Source: Phycisphaeraceae bacterium
GTDB taxonomy: Bacteria; Planctomycetota; Phycisphaerae; Phycisphaerales; Zrk34
Length of the DNA: 10,382 nt
Assembly (NCBI GenBank): GCA_040905565.1
Contig: JBBDRF010000070.1
Coordinates: 8,678 to 19,059, forward strand
Direction of reading: 5' to 3'
Part shown: one piece after another, positions 1-6,508 of the stretch
Layout: each line of letters starts with the position of its first letter
How positions within the stretch are numbered: the first letter of the stretch is position 1
Notes under the pieces: model-generated
What the model was told of the DNA's origin: nothing
Seen by the model: the letters and a program-made list of their open reading frames with translations, nothing else
Databases searched by the model: none
Program-made: the position numbers and the translations under genes

Positions 1-21
1 GTGGACGTGGTTGGGTTCGAT

Positions 22-738
22 TTAGCGGCGAGACCGACGGAACATGAGCAGACCGCCGAGGCTGAGCAGAGCTGCACTGGCGGGCTCGGGGATGGCCGTC
101 ACCGACGCGGGCGTGGTGCTGACCAGACCGCCGATGAGCGGATCGGGAATCCACCAGCCGGCATCGGCAAGTTCGCCTTCGGCATCGGCGTCGAGACCTT
201 CGACTTCGAAGCTGCTCGACCAGACCAGCTCGTCGTTGGCGTAGACGCGGAAGTTGTCAAAGTAAGCGCGAAAGGCCTGGGCGGCGCTGGGGCCGTGGTA
301 GTTGGTGACAAGAACGGTCAACTCCTCGCCGGCCTCGGCGTTGGCGAAGGTGGAGTCGAACGCGAAGCTGTTGTCCGCCCACTCCCCTTCAGCGGCCGAA
401 GCCCAGGTGCCGGTGCCGCTGTACTCCTGCCCGATGAACCCGGCACCGCTCCACGCCTGAATACTGCCGGAAGTCACCGCGTCGCCGCCGATCGCACGGC
501 CCACAGCGCTGGTGATGGTGTAGCTGGTAAATGGCTGAAACACCACGCCGGTACCGACCTGGAACCAGCCCGAATCGAGATAGGCGTAGACCTCGCCATC
601 GGCGGGAGCCGCCAGCGGATTCTCCTGATTGAACACCGGGGCTGCGTGAGCGCCGGCACTGACGCCGACGAGGGTGACGGCTGCGATGGCCGTCACGACC
701 AACCTGTTCATACACCGCGTTGCGTTGCAAAATCTCAT
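22..738 (-). CDS. PEP-CTERM sorting domain-containing secreted protein (238 aa), probable CBM-like beta-sandwich
   Basis: C-terminus IPEPASAALLSLGGLLMFRRSRR is a PEP motif plus TM helix plus Arg cluster. Signal peptide ...NRLVVTAIAAVTLVGVSAGAHA/AP. ATG at 738 has GGAG 9 nt upstream; alternative start at 711. The ORF-track extension to 873 is unsupported. Confidence 0.9.
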   Translation of the reverse strand: MRFCNATRCMNRLVVTAIAAVTLVGVSAGAHAAPVFNQENPLAAPADGEVYAYLDSGWFQVGTGVVFQPFTSYTITSAVGRAIGGDAVTSGSIQAWSGAGFIGQEYSGTGTWASAAEGEWADNSFAFDSTFANAEAGEELTVLVTNYHGPSAAQAFRAYFDNFRVYANDELVWSSSFEVEGLDADAEGELADAGWWIPDPLIGGLVSTTPASVTAIPEPASAALLSLGGLLMFRRSRR

Positions 739-895
739 GCGCTGATACTCCGCTCTCGGATGGTGGAAACGAGCACGACCGCGGCCCGACACATCGCCGA
801 AGCACACAACGCCGTGCCTGTGAACTTCATGTTGTCCGTGCGCCGCAAAATCGACTCTTCCAATCCCCGGCAAAAACGCCTAGCCGAAAGATTGA

Positions 896-924
896 TTGTC
901 ATGCCAATGACTTTAAGTTACCGT
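896..924 (+). promoter_or_regulatory. Candidate sigma70-type promoter for the prepilin gene, overlapped by a short inverted repeat
   Basis: TTGTCA (896-901), 17 nt spacer, TACCGT (919-924). The inverted repeat GTCAT-GCCA-ATGAC (898-911) overlaps the -35 and spacer. Lies in a lower-GC divergent intergenic region. Confidence 0.35.
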
Positions 925-1152
925 CAGAATGTGGCTGTGTCCAATCTTTTTTGCGGGGCACGAGGGAAGCTCTTAAGCACATACACCACCAAGCCCTGAA
1001 CACACAAGTTTTTACGGACCAGCGCCGGCACTGCACAATCAGGAAACAGCCACACAAACAGCGCTTGCTTTTGCACAGGCCAGCCGCTTATACACACAAA
1101 GACATGCCATGGTGGCAAATCACGGCAGGCAGATTGACCTAAGGCAGAACCC

Positions 1153-1923
1153 ATGGCAACTCAACCAGTGACCCGTCGGCGTATCTCTCCCATGACAAAA
1201 GGCTTCACCCTGATCGAGCTTCTCGTGGTGGTGGGGATCATCGCCCTGCTGATGGCGATCCTGCTGCCGGCACTTGCACGCGCCAGGCAGGAAGCGGTAA
1301 AGGTCTCGTGTGCCTCGAATCTGCGTCAATGGGGCAACGCCATCCACACCTTCGCCGGGGACCGCAACCGCCTTTTCCCGCGCCCCGGGATGGGCCCCGA
1401 AAACTTCAACTACGGCTTCACCGGCCCCTTCGGCACGCACCATCTCCCCGAGGCTGAGTTCAACCAGTTCATGGCCAACTACCTCGTGCCCGAACGCACC
1501 GAAGACGTGCGCGACTACAAAAACACCGTCGCCTACTGCCAGACCGCCGACTGGCTGATGTCCGAAGCCGCCACGTGGCACATCGGCTACTTCTACTTCC
1601 CGGGCCGCACCATGGCCCCCGCCGTCTACGAGCCTGAAGTCCATCGCTGGCTCACCAAGACCCGGCTGGACGGCGCACAATCACGCGCGCCGATCATGTC
1701 CGATGCCTACTGGATCTGGAACGGCGAATGGTACAGTTCCATCGGCCTGCCGTTCGCCTCGCACATGAGTAATACGGGCGACGCCGTCACCGGCAGCAAC
1801 TTCCTCTATGAAGACGCCAGCGTACGCTGGGAGAACGCAACGGAAATCGAGCAGTCCGGGACGCACGCGTTCGGCGAAACGTTCTTCTTCACGATCCCCG
1901 TGCCCGGCCTGACCACCGAATAA
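1153..1923 (+). CDS. Prepilin-type N-terminal cleavage/methylation domain protein (planctomycete DUF1559-like pseudopilin family)
   Basis: [33 protein letters not shown]...C.SNLRQ.G is the hallmark N-terminus. C-terminal H...[13 protein letters not shown] resembles the H-X9-DG motif. AAGG lies upstream of ATG 1153; alternative start at 1192. Confidence 0.93.
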   Translation: MATQPVTRRRISPMTKGFTLIELLVVVGIIALLMAILLPALARARQEAVKVSCASNLRQWGNAIHTFAGDRNRLFPRPGMGPENFNYGFTGPFGTHHLPEAEFNQFMANYLVPERTEDVRDYKNTVAYCQTADWLMSEAATWHIGYFYFPGRTMAPAVYEPEVHRWLTKTRLDGAQSRAPIMSDAYWIWNGEWYSSIGLPFASHMSNTGDAVTGSNFLYEDASVRWENATEIEQSGTHAFGETFFFTIPVPGLTTE

Positions 1924-1943
1924 ACCCCACGCTCCGCCCGCCC

Positions 1944-2384
1944 TCAGCCCGGCGTCTCCACCACCACCGTCACCGGCCCTTCAAACCGCGCATCGATCTG
2001 CATCTTCGCGCCGAACACGCCCGTCGCCGTTCGCACCTGCTGCCCGCACTGCTGCGCCACCGCTTCGAACAACGGCTGCGCCACCGCGGGGTCAGCAGCG
2101 TCGGTGAACGACGGCCGCGTCCCCTTGCGTGTCCGCCCCGCCAGCGTGAAGTTGGGGATCAACAAAATCCCGCCGCCCACATCTGCCGTCGACCGATTCA
2201 TCTTCCCCTGCTCATCGCCGAACAGCCGCATCGCCGGCAGCTTCGTCGCCATCCACGTCGCCTCCGCTTCGCCGTCGCCGGTCAACACGCCGAGGTAAAC
2301 CAGCAGCCCCTCATCGATCTCGCCGCGGACCGTCCCATCCACACTCACCGAAGCCCGACTCACCCGGCACACCACCGCCCGCAT
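1944..2384 (-). CDS. dtd: D-aminoacyl-tRNA deacylase (146 aa)
   Basis: Motifs MRAVVCRVSRASVSVDG, GLLVYLGV, RLFGDEQGKMNRS, (P)NFTL, RKGTRPSF, GVFGAKM and GPVT. The start is ATG 2384, which overlaps the WYL stop, not 2549. Confidence 0.95.
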   Translation of the reverse strand: MRAVVCRVSRASVSVDGTVRGEIDEGLLVYLGVLTGDGEAEATWMATKLPAMRLFGDEQGKMNRSTADVGGGILLIPNFTLAGRTRKGTRPSFTDAADPAVAQPLFEAVAQQCGQQVRTATGVFGAKMQIDARFEGPVTVVVETPG

Positions 2385-3367
2385 CACGCTTCCCCTTCGT
2401 CGCCTGAGTAACGCGCCATTGCCGCCCGGTGCCGATCCGCCACCAGCTCCCGCAGCTTCTTCGGTCTGCGGACCACCACCTGGTCGCCGTACCCCATCAA
2501 CCACCAGCTGATTTCGTTCAGGCCGTCGACCTCGAACCGCATGATGCACCGCCCGTCGTCGAGCATCTGATGTTTCTGCGTCGTATGCCAGCGGACTTCC
2601 GAAACGTTCGTGCCCACTTTCGCCGTGAACTCAAGCTCCACGCGATGCACCTTCCCCTCGGGAATCAGCTGCCACGCCTTGCCGAGATACGCATCGATAT
2701 CGAACGGCTTACGAAGCCGAAACCGCTTGCCCGTCAGCTCGATCTTCTCAATTCGGCCGAGCTTGAACGTCCGCACCTGCTCATGCATTTCCGAGTAGCC
2801 GATCACGTACCACGCCCTTGCCGCGAAGTGCAGATGGTACGGCCGAAGCTTCAGCTGAATCCGCCCCTCGCCCTGGAACAGGCTCGCATACTCGATCGCG
2901 ATCACGCTTCGTTCGTCGATCGCCTGCTGCAAAAGCGTGTGATAGTTGCCCGCGCCGTTCGGCATCGCCACCGGAGCGGGCCTCACACTCACGTTGCTCA
3001 TGATGCCCTGGCACACCTCGCGGATCGGCTGAGGGATCATCGCCACCAGCTTCCGCACGCCGTCCACCACCGGCTCAGACAACGGCTGATCCCGCTGCGC
3101 CGACGCCCCCTTCGCCAGCGTCATCAACCCCAGCGCCTCGGCCACCGTCAGATTCACAGGCGGCAGAAAAAAGCTAGGCGAAATGCGATACCCACGCCCC
3201 GCCTCGTAAAAACAAGGCACCCCCGCATCCTTCAAAGCGGTCAGATCACGAAACACCGTCCGCCGACTCACCTCAAGCTCCGCCATCAGCTCAGGCACCG
3301 TCAGCGATTCGCCACTCTGAAGCATCGTCAACAAACGCAACACACGATGAAGTCGGGCCAAATCCAT
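2384..3367 (-). CDS. HTH-WYL-WCX transcriptional regulator (YafY/PafBC/DriD-like, 327 aa)
   Basis: N-terminal wHTH (LTVPELMAELEVSRRTVFRDLTALKDAG...GY), WYL domain (RPYHLHFAARAWYVIGY...RTFKLGRI) and C-terminal WCX-like region (WWLMGYGDQVVVRRPKKLR). Homology-like sequence begins at ATG 3367. Confidence 0.95.
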   Translation of the reverse strand: MDLARLHRVLRLLTMLQSGESLTVPELMAELEVSRRTVFRDLTALKDAGVPCFYEAGRGYRISPSFFLPPVNLTVAEALGLMTLAKGASAQRDQPLSEPVVDGVRKLVAMIPQPIREVCQGIMSNVSVRPAPVAMPNGAGNYHTLLQQAIDERSVIAIEYASLFQGEGRIQLKLRPYHLHFAARAWYVIGYSEMHEQVRTFKLGRIEKIELTGKRFRLRKPFDIDAYLGKAWQLIPEGKVHRVELEFTAKVGTNVSEVRWHTTQKHQMLDDGRCIMRFEVDGLNEISWWLMGYGDQVVVRRPKKLRELVADRHRAAMARYSGDEGEA

Positions 3368-3374
3368 AAGCGGC

Positions 3375-3380
3375 AGTTTA
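3375..3380 (-). promoter_or_regulatory. Candidate -10 element giving a leaderless WYL transcript
   Basis: TAAACT on the minus strand, 7 nt before ATG 3367. No Shine-Dalgarno and no good -35. Confidence 0.4.
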
Positions 3381-3409
3381 CAACATCCGACGCTTTGAAC
3401 ATCGAAACC

Positions 3410-3444
3410 AAAATCACACTTCACAAATCAAACATCACACATCC
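3410..3444. repeat. Degenerate 7-bp tandem repeat (5 units)
   Basis: AAAATCA CACTTCA CAAATCA AACATCA CACATCC. Related AACATC words occur at 3382 (in phase) and 3398. Confidence 0.7.
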
Positions 3445-3457
3445 TCCCCCTCACCAT

Positions 3458-3485
3458 TTGCAACCCGGGCTGGGGGGCCTATCTT
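3458..3485 (+). promoter_or_regulatory. Candidate sigma70 promoter of ribF-nrnA, probably leaderless
   Basis: TTGCAA (3458-3463), 16 nt spacer, TATCTT (3480-3485). ATG follows 8 nt later and there is no clear SD. Confidence 0.5.
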
Positions 3486-3493
3486 GAAGCGGT

Positions 3494-4432
3494 ATGATCG
3501 AGCCTCGCCAAGCCATCGTCACCGTGGGGAACTTCGACGGCGTCCACCGCGGGCACCGCGCCCTGCTTGCTGCCGCACGCGAGCGTGCCCAGGCCCTGAA
3601 CGCCGACGTCGTCGTGCTCACCTTCACCGAGCATCCCGCGCGTGTGCTTCGTCCCAGCCACGCGCCCACGCCGTTGATGACGCCCGGCGAGCGGGCCGCC
3701 GCCCTCATGCAGGCCGGCGCCGATCGCGTCGAATGGCTCAAGCCCTCCCCCGAAATCCTTCAGCTCTCGCCCGCCAATTTCATCGACTATGTTCAGCAGC
3801 GCGTCGACGTGGCGGGCTGGCTCGAAGGCCCCGACTTCCGCTTCGGCAAGGGCCGGGCTGGCGACGTCGACACGCTGCGGGAACTCGGCGACGCGAACGG
3901 TTTTGACGTTGAAGTGATTCAGCCCATTGAGGTGGTGCTGACCGATCGCACGATCGTGCCGGTGCGAAGCTCGCTGGTGCGTTGGCTCGTGGAGATGGGC
4001 CGCGTGACCGATGCCGCCCTCTGCCTGGGCCAGCCGCTGAGCATCCGAGGCGAGGTGCAGGCCGGCGAAAAACGCGGACGGCAGATCGGCTTCCCCACGG
4101 CCAACCTCGACACCGGCGACCGTCTGCTCCCCGCCGACGGCGTCTACGGCGGCCTCACCACCATCGACAACCAAACCTATCCCGTCGCCGTCAGCGTCGG
4201 CACCAAGCCCACCTTCGCCGGCGGCGATCGCGCGTTCGAAGCCTACATCCTCGACTTCGAAGGCGACCTGTACAACCGCTCGATCGGCGTCGAACTCGTC
4301 CGATGGGTGCGGGAGCAGTACACTTTCCCAAACGTCGACGCGCTCGTCGCCCAGATGCACCGCGACGTGAACCGAATCCGCCGTTGGCATCAACGCGGCT
4401 TCCTGAAGATCACACCCCACGCCGCCGCTTAG
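3494..4432 (+). CDS. ribF: Bifunctional riboflavin kinase / FAD synthetase
   Basis: Motifs VGNFDGVHRGH, TFTEHP, GPDFRFGKGRAGD, GEKRGRQIGFPTANL, PADGVY, GTKPTF and EAYILDFEGDLY. Confidence 0.97.
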   Translation: MIEPRQAIVTVGNFDGVHRGHRALLAAARERAQALNADVVVLTFTEHPARVLRPSHAPTPLMTPGERAAALMQAGADRVEWLKPSPEILQLSPANFIDYVQQRVDVAGWLEGPDFRFGKGRAGDVDTLRELGDANGFDVEVIQPIEVVLTDRTIVPVRSSLVRWLVEMGRVTDAALCLGQPLSIRGEVQAGEKRGRQIGFPTANLDTGDRLLPADGVYGGLTTIDNQTYPVAVSVGTKPTFAGGDRAFEAYILDFEGDLYNRSIGVELVRWVREQYTFPNVDALVAQMHRDVNRIRRWHQRGFLKITPHAAA

Positions 4433-4462
4433 CATCGCCCAGCCGCACTACCGAGAACGCCC

Positions 4463-5482
4463 ATGAGCCCCTACGTTTCCAACACCACCCTGGAGCAGAT
4501 CGCCGACGCACTCGAAGACGACGTCCAAAGCGTCGTCCTCACCACCCACGCCAAGCCAGACGGCGACGCGCTCGGGTCCGTCGTCGCGCTCGGCCGAGCA
4601 CTCGAAAAACGCGGCAAGCAGGTCGAACGCTGGATCATCCCGCCCCTCACCCCCAACCTCCGCGTGCTCACCCCCGACGCTCCCATCAAAATCGTCGGCC
4701 CAGACGGCGACACGCCCAGCATCGAACCCGACCGCATCGTCGTTGTCGATACCGGCGCCTGGTCGCAGCTTGAACCGCTCAAGCCCTGGCTCGAGCCACG
4801 CAACGACAAAATCATCGTCATCGACCACCATCTCCGGGGTGACGCCATCGGCGACATGCTCTACGTCGACGCCCACGCCGCCGCCGCCTGCGAAATCATC
4901 GCCAAGCTCATCGATGTCATGGGGGTTGATTACGATCCCGTCATCTCGCCGGCTCTCTACGTGGGCATCGCTTCGGACACCGGCTGGTTCCGCTTTTCCA
5001 ACACGCGAGCCGAGACATTTGAGCTTGCGGCCAGGCTGCTGCGGCAGGGCGTCAACCACGCTGCCCTGCACGCCAAGCTTGAACAGGGCGAACGGCCCGA
5101 GAAGCTTCAGCTGATGATCCGGGCGCTTGATTCGCTCAAGCTCATCGCCGACGGCCGGGCCGCTGTCATGGTCCTCCGCGAAAGCGACTTCGCCGACACC
5201 GGCGCACGCCAGGAAGAGACCGAACGCTTCGTCGACCTGCCGCAGATCGTTCACGACGTGCAGGCCGTCGTGCTGATCGCCGAGACACCGGAGAACGGCG
5301 TCCGCATGAGCTTCCGCTCCAAGCCCGGGCCTCACTCGATCAACGTGAGTGAACTTGCCCAGCGCTTCGGCGGCGGCGGCCACGCCCGCGCCGCCGGCGC
5401 ACGGCTCCCCAAACCCCTCGACGACATCCAAGCCGACCTCATCCAGCAACTCGAAGCCGCCGTCACCCACACAACGAAGTAG
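4463..5482 (+). CDS. nrnA: DHH/DHHA1 family phosphoesterase (bifunctional oligoribonuclease / pAp phosphatase NrnA-like)
   Basis: Motifs THAKPDGDALGS, VVVDT, IDHH, SDTGWFRFSNT, SFRSK and FGGGGHARAAG. Starts 30 nt after ribF on the same strand. Confidence 0.92.
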   Translation: MSPYVSNTTLEQIADALEDDVQSVVLTTHAKPDGDALGSVVALGRALEKRGKQVERWIIPPLTPNLRVLTPDAPIKIVGPDGDTPSIEPDRIVVVDTGAWSQLEPLKPWLEPRNDKIIVIDHHLRGDAIGDMLYVDAHAAAACEIIAKLIDVMGVDYDPVISPALYVGIASDTGWFRFSNTRAETFELAARLLRQGVNHAALHAKLEQGERPEKLQLMIRALDSLKLIADGRAAVMVLRESDFADTGARQEETERFVDLPQIVHDVQAVVLIAETPENGVRMSFRSKPGPHSINVSELAQRFGGGGHARAAGARLPKPLDDIQADLIQQLEAAVTHTTK

Positions 5483-5492
5483 CATGGGAAAA

Positions 5493-5566
5493 CCGGCGAC
5501 GCGTAGCGTCGCGGCTACTCACGCGCGCCGTCCATTGTGCAACAGCCGCGACGCTACGCGCCGGCT
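5493..5566. repeat. REP-like inverted repeat pair (GTAG-type)
   Basis: Perfect 17-bp inverted repeat CGCGTAGCGTCGCGGCT (5500-5516) / AGCCGCGACGCTACGCG (5544-5560). The left unit on the minus strand reads GTAG-CC-GCGACGC-TAC-GCGTCGC-CGG, a GTAG tetramer followed by a hairpin. Confidence 0.7.
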
Positions 5567-5567
5567 G

Positions 5568-5604
5568 CCCCCCCCCCCCCCGGCCCCCCCCCCCCCCCCC
5601 CCCC
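5568..5604. repeat. Poly-C tract (C14-GG-C21), possibly a sequencing or assembly artefact
   Basis: Read directly from the sequence. It lies immediately after a strong GC hairpin. Confidence 0.6.
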
Positions 5605-5645
5605 GGCTCCCCACGCTCCCCCTTCCCCCACCACCCGAAGCGCAC

Positions 5646-5680
5646 AAAAAAACCGCCGACCCTGATGGGCCGACGGCTTT
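5646..5680 (-). terminator. Rho-independent terminator of the 5705-6370 gene
   Basis: Minus strand GCCGTCGGCCC-ATCA-GGGTCGGCGGT followed by a T run: an 11-bp stem including G-U pairs, about 25 nt after the stop. Confidence 0.85.
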
Positions 5681-5704
5681 GGGAAGTCGTAATTGTCGAA
5701 GCGA

Positions 5705-6370
5705 TCAAGCTTCGGTGCGACGACGGCGACGTCGGGCAGCGAACATGCCCATCAGCGCCAAGGCTGCGGGAAGCGTCGCCGGCGAGGGGACCAAAGTGGC
5801 CGCCGTTCCGTCGTAGTTGTAAATCAGCGTGACGTCACCCGTGCCGGTGAACGATTCGATGGCCATCGTCATGCCCCCGCCACCGCCGCCGACGAAGTAC
5901 CCGTCGCCGCTGACGTCGAAGTCGACCGAGCCCGGCCCGTTGAGGTAGTCGCCGAAGCCCGCATAGAGGAACGAGTTGCTATTCGTGGTGGCTTCCAGCT
6001 CAACTGGAACGCTGTCGCCCGCACCGAGCATGCTCGCTTCAAGCTCAAAGGCGCTGCTCGAATCAGTGAACCCACCCGGCCCGCTGGCGTCGAGGGTCGC
6101 GTCGAGGATGAGCGTCAGGCTCCGGGCCGAATCAGAGTTATTCGTCGCTGTGCCCGAACCGTTCAGCGTCGCGTCCCACTGCAACTCAACACTGGTCAGC
6201 GACAGCGAGCCGCCTGCATCGTCGAAGCCGTCGAACGTCAGCGTCTGATTGCCCGGCATATCAGCGAGATTGAAGCTTTCGGTCTGGCTCATCGTTGCAG
6301 CGTTCGCGGAAGTTACGCCCGCGAACAGAAAGGCCGCAGCGAAGGCAGCGAGGGGCTTTGCGTACATCAT
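5705..6370 (-). CDS. Secreted PEP-CTERM-variant (VPSPA) protein with a choice-of-anchor E-like domain (221 aa)
   Basis: GGGAG 6 nt before ATG 6370. Signal peptide MMYAKPLAAFAAAFLFAGVTSANA/A. QTLTFDGFDD..GSLSLTSVEL and ...GDVTLIYNY resemble choice-of-anchor E. Tail VPSPATLPAALALMGMFAARRRRRR. Confidence 0.85.
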   Translation of the reverse strand: MMYAKPLAAFAAAFLFAGVTSANAATMSQTESFNLADMPGNQTLTFDGFDDAGGSLSLTSVELQWDATLNGSGTATNNSDSARSLTLILDATLDASGPGGFTDSSSAFELEASMLGAGDSVPVELEATTNSNSFLYAGFGDYLNGPGSVDFDVSGDGYFVGGGGGGMTMAIESFTGTGDVTLIYNYDGTAATLVPSPATLPAALALMGMFAARRRRRRTEA

Positions 6371-6479
6371 CAACAACTCCCGAAGGGGTTTGAGTTCAAA
6401 TTCGATCGAATCCAGATCGCCCACAGAGGACACGAACTGATCCCGATCAAGGCACGGTCCGCAGACCGATACCATTCAA

Positions 6480-6508
6480 AAGGTAACTCAGCCCCGACCC
6501 CACGTCAA
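6480..6508 (-). promoter_or_regulatory. Sigma70-type promoter of the PEP-CTERM-variant gene
   Basis: Minus strand TTGACG (6508-6503), 17 nt spacer, TACCTT (6485-6480), with an AT-rich segment upstream (6511-6540). Confidence 0.65.

Noticed and set aside
956..970. Sigma54-like GGCACG-N6-GC element
   Set aside because: GG/GC spacing is right, but the -12 box reads AAGC rather than TTGC. Too weak without TSS data.
1..999. 332-aa plus-strand ORF
   Set aside because: Antisense shadow of the PEP-CTERM gene in high-GC DNA, with no recognisable motifs.
2429..3487. 352-aa plus-strand ORF
   Set aside because: Shadow of the WYL gene, with the His/Arg/Leu-rich composition typical of non-coding frames.
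3368..3493. FMN riboswitch upstream of ribF
   Set aside because: No RFN consensus is visible, and the promoter candidate leaves no room for a leader.
3479..5485. Minus-strand ORFs of 318 and 345 aa mirroring ribF and nrnA
   Set aside because: Antisense frames kept open by GC-biased codon usage; the sense genes carry all the family motifs.
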